Origin: Auanema rhodensis
Lineage: Eukaryota > Animalia > Nematoda
Length of the DNA: 64,000 nucleotides
Direction of reading: 5' to 3'
Assembly: GCA_964057225.1 (NCBI GenBank)
Contig: OZ059899.1
Location: forward strand, 3,906,001 to 3,970,000
The position numbers were made by a program, and so were the translations under genes. Below the pieces are notes generated by a model, which was not told the origin of the DNA, did not search any database, and worked only from the letters and a program-made list of their open reading frames with translations. This document shows positions 23,165 to 37,000 of the stretch, piece after piece. The stretch's first letter is position 1, and each line of letters starts with the position of its first letter.

Positions 23165-26100
23165 GATCTGTGTTATCAGATTTGCGCTAGCTTAAAAATG
23201 CACCGAGATATCAACTGATATAAGTTCACACTTATATCCTCGATTTTCACCCTGAAGAATTAATTTTTTCGTTGAATAACCTTGTCCATCGTCTTTTCCT
23301 TGAAAAATGGAATCTAAAAACATCTACTTTTTGCTAAATTATTTTGAAATTTTTCGAAAAAATTTTTGTCAAAATGTTTTTGGAAGCAATGTTGAGTGTA
23401 CATGGAAACTCAACATACACTAATGCATCATTTTTCAAACGATCATAACTAATTTTTGTATTAAGCGTTTCTCAATGTAGTATAGTGCATTCGATGCGGA
23501 TTTTCAAGCTGCGTCGATCTGTGTTATCAGATTTGCGCTAGCTTAAAAATGCACCGAGATATCAACTGATATAAGTTCACACATATATACCCGATTTTCA
23601 CCCTGAAGAATTAATTTTTTCGTTGAATAACATTGTCCATCGTCTTTGCCTTGAAAAAAGGAATCCAAAAACATCTACTTTTTGCTAAAATATTCTGAAA
23701 TTTTTTGAAAAAATTTTTGTCAAAATGTTTTTGGAAGCAATGTTGAGTGTACATGGAAACTCAACATACACTAATGCATCATTTTTCAAACGATCATAAC
23801 TAATTTTTGTATCAAGTGTTTCTCAATGTAGTATAGTGCATTCGATGCGGATTTTTAAGCTGCGTCGATCTGTGTTATCAGATTTGCGCTAGCTTAAAAA
23901 TGCACCGAGATATCAACTGATATAAGTTCACACTTATATCCTCGATTTTCACCCTGAAGAATTAATTTTTTCGTTGAATAACATTGTCAATCGTCTTTGC
24001 CTTGAAAAATGGAATCTAAAAACATCTACTTTTTGCTAAATTATTTTGAAATTTTTCGAAAAAATTTTTGTCAAAATGTTTTTGGAAGCAATGTTGAGTG
24101 TACATGGAAACTCAACATACACTAATGCATCATTTTTCAAACGATCATAACTAATTTTTGTATCAAGTGTTTCTCAATGTAGTATAGTGCATTCGATGCG
24201 GATTTTTAAGCTGCGTCGATCTGTGTAATCAGATTTGCGCTAGCTTAAAAATGCACCGAGATATCAACTGATATATGTTCACACTTATATCCTCGATTTT
24301 CACCCTGAAGAATTAATTTTTTCGTTGAATAACATTGTCCATCGTCTTTGCCTTGAAAAATGGAATCTAAAAACATCTACTTTTTGCTAAATTATTTTGA
24401 AATTTTTCGAAAAAATTTTTGTCAAAATGTTTTTGGAAGCAATGTTGAGTGTACATGGAAACTCAACATACACTAATGCATCATTTTTCAAACGATCATA
24501 ACTAATTTTTGTATCAAGTGTTTCTCAATGTAGTATAGTGCATTCGATGCGGATTTTTAAGCTGCGTCGATCTGTGTTATCAGATTTGCGCTAGCTTAAA
24601 AATGCACCGAGATATCAACTGATATAAGTTCACACTTATATCCTCGATTTTCACCCTGAAGAATTAATTTTTTCGTTGAATAACATTGTCCATCGTCTTT
24701 GCCTTGAAAAAAGGAATCTAAAAACATCTACTTTTTGCTAAATTATTTTGAAATTTTTCGAAAAAATTTTTGTCAAAATGTTTTTGGAAGCAATGTTGAG
24801 TGTACATGGAAACTCAACATACACTAATGCATCATTTTTCAAACAATCATAACTAATTTTTGTATTAAGCGTTTCTCAATGTAGTATAGTGCATTCGATG
24901 CGGATTTTCAAGCTGCGTCGATCTGTGTTATCAGATTTGCGCTAGCTTAAAAATGCACCGAGATATCAACTGATATAAGTTCACACTTATATCCTCGATT
25001 TTCACCCTGAAGAATTAATTTTTTCGTTGAATAACCTTGTCCATCGTCTTTTCCTTGAAAAATGGAATCTAAAAACATCTACTTTTTGCTAAATTATTTT
25101 GAAATTTTTCGAAAAAATTTTTGTCAAAATGTTTTTGGAAGCAATGTTGAGTGTACATGGAAACTCAACATACACTAATGCATCATTTTTCAAACGATCA
25201 TAACTAATTTTTGTATTAAGCGTTTCTCAATGTAGTATAGTGCATTCGATGCGGATTTTCAAGCTGCGTCGATCTGTGTTATCAGATTTGCGCTAGCTTA
25301 AAAATGCACCGAGATATCAACTGATATAAGTTCACACATATATACCCGATTTTCACCCTGAAGAATTAATTTTTTCGTTGAATAACATTGTCCATCGTCT
25401 TTGCCTTGAAAAAAGGAATCCAAAAACATCTACTTTTTGCTAAAATATTCTGAAATTTTTTGAAAAAATTTTTGTCAAAATGTTTTTGGAAGCAATGTTG
25501 AGTGTACATGGAAACTCAACATACACTAATGCATCATTTTTCAAACGATCATAACTAATTTTTGTATCAAGTGTTTCTCAATGTAGTATAGTGCATTCGA
25601 TGCGGATTTTTAAGCTGCGTCGATCTGTGTTATCAGATTTGCGCTAGCTTAAAAATGCACCGAGATATCAACTGATATAAGTTCACACTTATATCCTCGA
25701 TTTTCACCCTGAAGAATTAATTTTTTCGTTGAATAACATTGTCAATCGTCTTTGCCTTGAAAAATGGAATCTAAAAACATCTACTTTTTGCTAAATTATT
25801 TTGAAATTTTTCGAAAAAATTTTTGTCAAAATGTTTTTGGAAGCAATGTTGAGTGTACATGGAAACTCAACATACACTAATGCATCATTTTTCAAACGAT
25901 CATAACTAATTTTTGTATCAAGTGTTTCTCAATGTAGTATAGTGCATTCGATGCGGATTTTTAAGCTGCGTCGATCTGTGTAATCAGATTTGCGCTAGCT
26001 TAAAAATGCACCGAGATATCAACTGATATATGTTCACACTTATATCCTCGATTTTCACCCTGAAGAATTAATTTTTTCGTTGAATAACATTGTCCATCGT

Positions 26101-28078
26101 CTTTGCCTTGAAAAATGGAATCTAAAAACATCTACTTTTTGCTAAATTATTTTGAAATTTTTCGAAAAAATTTTTGTCAAAATGTTTTTGGAAGCAATGT
26201 TGAGTGTACATGGAAACTCAACATACACTAATGCATCATTTTTCAAACGATCATAACTAATTTTTGTATCAAGTGTTTCTCAATGTAGTATAGTGCATTC
26301 GATGCGGATTTTTAAGCTGCGTCGATCTGTGTTATCAGATTTGCGCTAGCTTAAAAATGCACCGAGATATCAACTGATATAAGTTCACACTTATATCCTC
26401 GATTTTCACCCTGAAGAATTAATTTTTTCGTTGAATAACATTGTCCATCGTCTTTGCCTTGAAAAAAGGAATCTAAAAACATCTACTTTTTGCTAAATTA
26501 TTTTGAAATTTTTCGAAAAAATTTTTGTCAAAATGTTTTTGGAAGCAATGTTGAGTGTACATGGAAACTCAACATACACTAATGCATCATTTTTCAAACA
26601 ATCATAACTAATTTTTGTATTAAGCGTTTCTCAATGTAGTATAGTGCATTCGATGCGGATTTTCAAGCTGCGTCGATCTGTGTTATCAGATTTGCGCTAG
26701 CTTAAAAATGCACCGAGATATCAACTGATATAAGTTCACACTTATATCCTCGATTTTCACCCTGAAGAATTAATTTTTTCGTTGAATAACCTTGTCCATC
26801 GTCTTTTCCTTGAAAAATGGAATCTAAAAACATCTACTTTTTGCTAAATTATTTTGAAATTTTTCGAAAAAATTTTTGTCAAAATGTTTTTGGAAGCAAT
26901 GTTGAGTGTACATGGAAACTCAACATACACTAATGCATCATTTTTCAAACGATCATAACTAATTTTTGTATTAAGCGTTTCTCAATGTAGTATAGTGCAT
27001 TCGATGCGGATTTTTAAGCTGCGTCGATCTGTGTTATCAGATTTGCGCTAGCTTAAAAATGCACCGAGATATCAACTGATATAAGTTCACACTTATATCC
27101 TCGATTTTCACCCTGAAGAATTAATTTTTTCGTTGAATAACATTGTCAATCGTCTTTGCCTTGAAAAATGGAATCTAAAAACATCTACTTTTTGCTAAAT
27201 TATTTTGAAATTTTTCGAAAAAATTTTTGTCAAAATGTTTTTGGAAGCAATGTTGAGTGTACATGGAAACTCAACATACACTAATGCATCATTTTTCAAA
27301 CGATCATAACTAATTTTTGTATCAAGTGTTTCTCAATGTAGTATAGTGCATTCGATGCGGATTTTTAAGCTGCGTCGATCTGTGTAATCAGATTTGCGCT
27401 AGCTTAAAAATGCACCGAGATATCAACTGATATATGTTCACACTTATATCCTCGATTTTCACCCTGAAGAATTAATTTTTTCGTTGAATAACATTGTCCA
27501 TCGTCTTTGCCTTGAAAAATGGAATCTAAAAACATCTACTTTTTGCTAAATTATTTTGAAATTTTTCGAAAAAATTTTTGTCAAAATGTTTTTGGAAGCA
27601 ATGTTGAGTGTACATGGAAACTCAACATACACTAATGCATCATTTTTCAAACGATCATAACTAATTTTTGTATCAAGTGTTTCTCAATGTAGTATAGTGC
27701 ATTCGATGCGGATTTTTAAGCTGCGTCGATCTGTGTTATCAGATTTGCGCTAGCTTAAAAATGCACCGAGATATCAACTGATATAAGTTCACACATATAT
27801 ACCCGATTTTCACCCTGAAGAATTAATTTTTTCGTTGAATAACATTGTCCATCGTCTTTGCCTTGAAAAAAGGAATCTAAAAACATCTACTTTTTGCTAA
27901 ATTATTTTGAAATTTTTCGAAAAAATTTTTGTCAAAATGTTTTTGGAAGCAATGTTGAGTGTACATGGAAACTCAACATACACTAATGCATCATTTTTCA
28001 AACAATCATAACTAATTTTTGTATTAAGCGTTTCTCAATGTAGTATAGTGCATTCGATGCGGATTTTCAAGCTGCGTC
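23165..28078. repeat. 5-monomer (1755-bp) repeat M67-71 / M72-76 plus a truncated 4-monomer third copy M77-80
   Basis: T10A (GTGTAATC) at 24227, 25982 and 27386 (spacings 1755 and 1404), each preceded by a GTCAATC monomer. Confidence 0.88.
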
Positions 28079-31000
28079 GATCTGTGTTATCAGATTTGCG
28101 CTAGCTTAAAAATGCACCGAGATATCAACTGATATAAGTTCACACTTATATCCTCGATTTTCACCCTGAAGAATTAATTTTTTCGTTGAATAACCTTGTC
28201 CATCGTCTTTTCCTTGAAAAATGGAATCTAAAAACATCTACTTTTTGCTAAATTATTTTGAAATTTTTCGAAAAAATTTTTGTCAAAATGTTTTTGGAAG
28301 CAATGTTGAGTGTACATGGAAACTCAACATACACTAATGCATCATTTTTCAAACGATCATAACTAATTTTTGTATTAAGCGTTTCTCAATGTAGTATAGT
28401 GCATTCGATGCGGATTTTCAAGCTGCGTCGATCTGTGTTATCAGATTTGCGCTAGCTTAAAAATGCACCGAGATATCAACTGATATAAGTTCACACATAT
28501 ATACCCGATTTTCACCCTGAAGAATTAATTTTTTCGTTGAATAACATTGTCCATCGTCTTTGCCTTGAAAAAAGGAATCTAAAAACATCTACTTTTTGCT
28601 AAATTATTTTGAAATTTTTCGAAAAAATTTTTGTCAAAATGTTTTTGGAAGCAATGTTGAGTGTACATGGAAACTCAACATACACTAATGCATCATTTTT
28701 CAAACGATCATAACTAATTTTTGTATTAAGCGTTTCTCAATGTAGTATAGTGCATTCGATGCGGATTTTTAAGCTGCGTCGATCTGTGTTATCAGATTTG
28801 CGCTAGCTTAAAAATGCACCGAGATATCAACTGATATAAGTTCACACTTATATCCTCGATTTTCACCCTGAAGAATTAATTTTTTCGTTGAATAACATTG
28901 TCCATCGTCTTTGCCTTGAAAAAAGGAATCTAAAAACATCTACTTTTTGCTAAATTATTTTGAAATTTTTCGAAAAAATTTTTGTCAAAATGTTTTTGGA
29001 AGCAATGTTGAGTGTACATGGAAACTCAACATACACTAATGCATCATTTTTCAAACGATCATAACTAATTTTTGTATTAAGCGTTTCTCAATGTAGTATA
29101 GTGCATTCGATGCGGATTTTTAAGCTGCGTCGATCTGTGTTATCAGATTTGCGCTAGCTTAAAAATGCACCGAGATATCAACTGATATAAGTTCACACTT
29201 ATATCCTCGATTTTCACCCTGAAGAATTAATTTTTTCGTTGAATAACCTTGTCCATCGTCTTTTCCTTGAAAAATGGAATCTAAAAACATCTACTTTTTG
29301 CTAAATTATTTTGAAATTTTTCGAAAAAATTTTTGTCAAAATGTTTTTGGAAGCAATGTTGAGTGTACATGGAAACTCAACATACACTAATGCATCATTT
29401 TTCAAACGATCATAACTAATTTTTGTATTAAGCGTTTCTCAATGTAGTATAGTGCATTCGATGCGGATTTTCAAGCTGCGTCGATCTGTGTTATCAGATT
29501 TGCGCTAGCTTAAAAATGCACCGAGATATCAACTGATATAAGTTCACACATATATACCCGATTTTCACCCTGAAGAATTAATTTTTTCGTTGAATAACAT
29601 TGTCCATCGTCTTTGCCTTGAAGAAAGGAATCTAAAAACATCTACTTTTTGCTAAATTATTCTGAAATTTTTTGAAAAAATTTTTGTCAAAATGTTTTTG
29701 GAAGCAATGTTGAGTGTACATGGAAACTCAACATACACTAATGCATCATTTTTCAAACGATCATAACTAATTTTTGTATCAAGTGTTTCTCAATGTAGTA
29801 TAGTGCATTCGATGCGGATTTTTAAGCTGCGTCGATCTGTGTTATCAGATTTGCGCTAGCTTAAAAATGCACCGAGATATCAACTGATATAAGTTCACAC
29901 TTATATCCTCGATTTTCACCCTGAAGAATTAATTTTTTCGTTGAATAACATTGTCCATCGTCTTTGCCTTGAAAAAAGGAATCTAAAAACATCTACTTTT
30001 TGCTAAATTATTTTGAAATTTTTCGAAAAAATTTTTGTCAAAATGTTTTTGGAAGCAATGTTGAGTGTACATGGAAACTCAACATACACTAATGCATCAT
30101 TTTTCAAACGATCATAACTAATTTTTGTATTAAGCGTTTCTCAATGTAGTATAGTGCATTCGATGCGGATTTTTAAGCTGCGTCGATCTGTGTTATCAGA
30201 TTTGCGCTAGCTTAAAAATGCACCGAGATATCAACTGATATAAGTTCACACTTATATCCTCGATTTTCACCCTGAAGAATTAATTTTTTCGTTGAATAAC
30301 CTTGTCCATCGTCTTTTCCTTGAAAAATGGAATCTAAAAACATCTACTTTTTGCTAAATTATTTTGAAATTTTTCGAAAAAATTTTTGTCAAAATGTTTT
30401 TGGAAGCAATGTTGAGTGTACATGGAAACTCAACATACACTAATGCATCATTTTTCAAACGATCATAACTAATTTTTGTATTAAGCGTTTCTCAATGTAG
30501 TATAGTGCATTCGATGCGGATTTTCAAGCTGCGTCGATCTGTGTTATCAGATTTGCGCTAGCTTAAAAATGCACCGAGATATCAACTGATATAAGTTCAC
30601 ACATATATACCCGATTTTCACCCTGAAGAATTAATTTTTTCGTTGAATAACATTGTCCATCGTCTTTGCCTTGAAAAAAGGAATCTAAAAACATCTACTT
30701 TTTGCTAAATTATTTTGAAATTTTTCGAAAAAATTTTTGTCAAAATGTTTTTGGAAGCAATGTTGAGTGTACATGGAAACTCAACATACACTAATGCATC
30801 ATTTTTCAAACGATCATAACTAATTTTTGTATTAAGCGTTTCTCAATGTAGTATAGTGCATTCGATGCGGATTTTCAAGCTGCGTCGATCTGTGTTATCA
30901 GATTTGCGCTAGCTTAAAAATGCACCGAGATATCAACTGATATAAGTTCACACATATATACCCGATTTTCACCCTGAAGAATTAATTTTTTCGTTGAATA

Positions 31001-34000
31001 ACATTGTCCATCGTCTTTGCCTTGAAAAAAGGAATCTAAAAACATCTACTTTTTGCTAAATTATTTTGAAATTTTTCGAAAAAATTTTTGTCAAAATGTT
31101 TTTGGAAGCAATGTTGAGTGTACATGGAAACTCAACATACACTAATGCATCATTTTTCAAACGATCATAACTAATTTTTGTATTAAGCGTTTCTCAATGT
31201 AGTATAGTGCATTCGATGCGGATTTTTAAGCTGCGTCGATCTGTGTTATCAGATTTGCGCTAGCTTGAAAATGCACCGAGATATCAACTGATATAAGTTC
31301 ACACTTATATCCTCGATTTTCACCCTGAAGAATTAATTTTTTCGTTGAATAACCTTGTCCATCGTCTTTTCCTTGAAAAATGGAATCTAAAAACATCTAC
31401 TTTTTGCTAAATTATTTTGAAATTTTTCGAAAAAATTTTTGTCAAAATGTTTTTGGAAGCAATGTTGAGTGTACATGGAAACTCAACATACACTAATGCA
31501 TCATTTTTCAAACGATCATAACTAATTTTTGTATCAAGTGTTTCTCAATGTAGTATAGTGCATTCGATGCGGATTTTCAAGCTGCGTCGATCTGTGTTAT
31601 CAGATTTGCGCTAGCTTGAAAATGCACCGAGATATCAACTGATATAAGTTCACACTTATATCCTCGATTTTCACCCTGAAGAATTAATTTTTTCGTTGAA
31701 TAACATTGTCCATCGTCTTTGCCTTGAAAAAAGGAATCTAAAAACATCTACTTTTTGCTAAATTATTTTGAAATTTTTCGAAAAAATTTTTGTCAAAATG
31801 TTTTTGGAAGCAATGTTGAGTGTACATGGAAACTCAACATACACTAATGCATCATTTTTCAAACGATCATAACTAATTTTTGTATTAAGCGTTTCTCAAT
31901 GTAGTATAGTGCATTCGATGCGGATTTTTAAGCTGCGTCGATCTGTGTTATCAGATTTGCGCTAGCTTAAAAATGCACCGAGATATCAACTGATATAAGT
32001 TCACACTTATATCCTCGATTTTCACCCTGAAGAATTAATTTTTTCGTTGAATAACATTGTCCATCGTCTTTGCCTTGAAAAAAGGAATCTAAAAACATCT
32101 ACTTTTTGCTAAATTATTTTGAAATTTTTCGAAAAAATTTTTGTCAAAATGTTTTTGGAAGCAATGTTGAGTGTACATGGAAACTCAACATACACTAATG
32201 CATCATTTTTCAAACGATCATAACTAATTTTTGTATTAAGCGTTTCTCAATGTAGTATAGTGCATTCGATGCGGATTTTTAAGCTGCGTCGATCTGTGTT
32301 ATCAGATTTGCGCTAGCTTAAAAATGCACCGAGATATCAACTGATATAAGTTCACACTTATATCCTCGATTTTCACCCTGAAGAATTAATTTTTTCGTTG
32401 AATAACATTGTCCATCGTCTTTGCCTTGAAAAAAGGAATCTAAAAACATCTACTTTTTGCTAAATTATTTTGAAATTTTTCGAAAAAATTTTTGTCAAAA
32501 TGTTTTTGGAAGCAATGTTGAGTGTACATGGAAACTCAACATACACTAATGCATCATTTTTCAAACGATCATAACTAATTTTTGTATTAAGCGTTTCTCA
32601 ATGTAGTATAGTGCATTCGATGCGGATTTTTAAGCTGCGTCGATCTGTGTTATCAGATTTGCGCTAGCTTAAAAATGCACCGAGATATCAACTGATATAA
32701 GTTCACACTTATATCCTCGATTTTCACCCTGAAGAATTAATTTTTTCGTTGAATAACCTTGTCCATCGTCTTTTCCTTGAAAAATGGAATCTAAAAACAT
32801 CTACTTTTTGCTAAATTATTTTGAAATTTTTCGAAAAAATTTTTGTCAAAATGTTTTTGGAAGCAATGTTGAGTGTACATGGAAACTCAACATACACTAA
32901 TGCATCATTTTTCAAACGATCATAACTAATTTTTGTATTAAGCGTTTCTCAATGTAGTATAGTGCATTCGATGCGGATTTTCAAGCTGCGTCGATCTGTG
33001 TTATCAGATTTGCGCTAGCTTAAAAATGCACCGAGATATCAACTGATATAAGTTCACACTTATATCCTCGATTTTCACCCTGAAGAATTAATTTTTTCGT
33101 TGAATAACATTGTCCATCGTCTTTTCCTTGAAAAATGGAATCTAAAAACATCTACTTTTTGCTAAATTATTTTGAAATTTTTCGAAAAAATTTTTGTCAA
33201 AATGTTTTTGGAAGCAATGTTGAGTGTACATGGAAACTCAACATACACTAATGCATCATTTTTCAAACGATCATAACTAATTTTTGTATTAAGCGTTTCT
33301 CAATGTAGTATAGTGCATTCGATGCGGATTTTCAAGCTGCGTCGATCTGTGTTATCAGATTTGCGCTAGCTTAAAAATGCACCGAGATATCAACTGATAT
33401 AAGTTCACACATATATACCCGATTTTCACCCTGAAGAATTAATTTTTTCGTTGAATAACATTGTCCATCGTCTTTGCCTTGAAAAAAGGAATCTAAAAAC
33501 ATCTACTTTTTGCTAAATTATTTTGAAATTTTTCGAAAAAATTTTTGTCAAAATGTTTTTGGAAGCAATGTTGAGTGTACATGGAAACTCAACATACACT
33601 AATGCATCATTTTTCAAACGATCATAACTAATTTTTGTATTAAGCGTTTCTCAATGTAGTATAGTGCATTCGATGCGGATTTTTAAGCTGCGTCGATCTG
33701 TGTTATCAGATTTGCGCTAGCTTAAAAATGCACCGAGATATCAACTGATATAAGTTCACACTTATATCCTCGATTTTCACCCTGAAGAATTAATTTTTTC
33801 GTTGAATAACATTGTCCATCGTCTTTGCCTTGAAAAAAGGAATCTAAAAACATCTACTTTTTGCTAAATTATTTTGAAATTTTTCGAAAAAATTTTTGTC
33901 AAAATGTTTTTGGAAGCAATGTTGAGTGTACATGGAAACTCAACATACACTAATGCATCATTTTTCAAACGATCATAACTAATTTTTGTATTAAGCGTTT

Positions 34001-37000
34001 CTCAATGTAGTATAGTGCATTCGATGCGGATTTTTAAGCTGCGTCGATCTGTGTTATCAGATTTGCGCTAGCTTAAAAATGCACCGAGATATCAACTGAT
34101 ATAAGTTCACACTTATATCCTCGATTTTCACCCTGAAGAATTAATTTTTTCGTTGAATAACCTTGTCCATCGTCTTTTCCTTGAAAAATGGAATCTAAAA
34201 ACATCTACTTTTTGCTAAATTATTTTGAAATTTTTCGAAAAAATTTTTGTCAAAATGTTTTTGGAAGCAATGTTGAGTGTACATGGAAACTCAACATACA
34301 CTAATGCATCATTTTTCAAACGATCATAACTAATTTTTGTATTAAGCGTTTCTCAATGTAGTATAGTGCATTCGATGCGGATTTTCAAGCTGCGTCGATC
34401 TGTGTTATCAGATTTGCGCTAGCTTAAAAATGCACCGAGATATCAACTGATATAAGTTCACACATATATACCCGATTTTCACCCTGAAGAATTAATTTTT
34501 TCGTTGAATAACATTGTCCATCGTCTTTGCCTTGAAGAAAGGAATCTAAAAACATCTACTTTTTGCTAAATTATTCTGAAATTTTTTGAAAAAATTTTTG
34601 TCAAAATGTTTTTGGAAGCAATGTTGAGTGTACATGGAAACTCAACATACACTAATGCATCATTTTTCAAACGATCATAACTAATTTTTGTATCAAGTGT
34701 TTCTCAATGTAGTATAGTGCATTCGATGCGGATTTTTAAGCTGCGTCGATCTGTGTTATCAGATTTGCGCTAGCTTAAAAATGCACCGAGATATCAACTG
34801 ATATAAGTTCACACTTATATCCTCGATTTTCACCCTGAAGAATTAATTTTTTCGTTGAATAACATTGTCCATCGTCTTTGCCTTGAAAAATGGAATCTAA
34901 AAACATCTACTTTTTGCTAAATTATTTTGAAATTTTTCGAAAAAATTTTTGTCAAAATGTTTTTAGAAGCAATGTTGAGTGTACATGGAAACTCAACATA
35001 CACTAATGCATCATTTTTCAAACGATCATAACTAATTTTTGTATCAAGTGTTTCTCAATGTAGTATAGTGCATTCGATGCGGATTTTTAAGCTGCGTCGA
35101 TCTGTGTTATCAGATTTGCGCTAGCTTAAAAATGCACCGAGATATCAACTGATATAAGTTCACACTTATATCCTCGATTTTCACCCTGAAGAATTAATTT
35201 TTTCGTTGAATAACATTGTCCATCGTCTTTGCCTTGAAAAAAGGAATCTAAAAACATCTATTTTTTGCTAAATTATTTCGAAATTTTTCGAAAAAATTTT
35301 TGTCAAAATGTTTTTGGAAGCAATGTTGAGTGTACATGGAAACTCAACATACACTAATGCATCATTTTTCAAACGATCATAACTAATTTTTGTATTAAGC
35401 GTTTCTCAATGTAGTATAGTGCATTCGATGCGGATTTTTAAGCTGCGTCGATCTGTGTTATCAGATTTGCGCTAGCTTGAAAATGCACCGAGATATCAAC
35501 TGATATAAGTTCACACTTATATCCTCGATTTTCACCCTGAAGAATTAATTTTTTCGTTGAATAACATTGTCCATCGTCTTTGCCTTGAAAAAAGGAATCT
35601 AAAAACATCTACTTTTTGCTAAATTATTTTGAAATTTTTCGAAAAAATTTTTGTCAAAATGTTTTTGGAAGCAATGTTGAGTGTACATGGAAACTCAACA
35701 TACACTAATGCATCATTTTTCAAACGATCATAACTAATTTTTGTATCAAGTGTTTCTCAATGTAGTATAGTGCATTCGATGCGGATTTTCAAGCTGCGTC
35801 GATCTGTGTTATCAGATTTGCGCTAGCTTAAAGATGCACCGAGATATCAACTGATATAAGTTCACACATATATACCCGATTTTCACCCTGAAGAATTAAT
35901 TTTTTCGTTGAATAACATTGTCCATCGTCTTTGCCTTGAAAAAAGGAATCTAAAAACATCTACTTTTTGCTAAATTATTTTGAAATTTTTCGAAAAAATT
36001 TTTGTCAAAATGTTTTTGGAAGCAATGTTGAGTGTACATGGAAACTCAACATACACTAATGCATCATTTTTCAAACGATCATAACTGATTTTTGTATTAA
36101 GCGTTTCTCAATGTAGTATAGTGCATTCGATGCGGATTTTTAAGCTGCGTCGATCTGTGTTATCAGATTTGCGCTAGCTTAAAAATGCACCGAGATATCA
36201 ACTGATATAAGTTCACACTTATATCCTCGATTTTCACCCTGAAGAATTAATTTTTTCGTTGAATAACCTTGTCCATCGTCTTTTCCTTGAAAAATGGAAT
36301 CTAAAAACATCTACTTTTTGCTAAATTATTTTGAAATTTTTCGAAAAAAGTTTTGTCAAAATGTTTTTGGAAGCAATGTTGAGTGTACATGGAAACTCAA
36401 CATACACTAATGCATCATTTTTCAAACGATCATAACTAATTTTTGTATTAAGCGTTTCTCAATGTAGTATAGTGCATTCGATGCGGATTTTCAAGCTGCG
36501 TCGATCTGTGTTATCAGATTTGCGCTAGCTTAAAAATGCACCGAGATATCAACTGATATAAGTTCACACATATATACCCGATTTTCACCCTGAAGAATTA
36601 ATTTTTTCGTTGAATAACATTGTCCATCGTCTTTGCCTTGAAAAAAGGAATCTAAAAACATCTACTTTTTGCTAAATTATTCTGAAATTTTTCGAAAAAA
36701 TTTTTGTCAAAATGTTTTTGGAAGCAATGTTGAGTGTACATGGAAACTCAACATACACTAATGCATCATTTTTCAAACGATCATAACTAATTTTTGTATC
36801 AAGTGTTTCTCAATGTAGTATAGTGCATTCGATGCGGATTTTTAAGCTGCGTCGATCTGTGTTATCAGATTTGCGCTAGCTTAAAAATGCACCGAGATAT
36901 CAACTGATATAAGTTCACACTTATATCCTCGATTTTCACCCTGAAGAATTAATTTTTTCGTTGAATAACATTGTCCATCGTCTTTGCCTTGAAAAATGGA

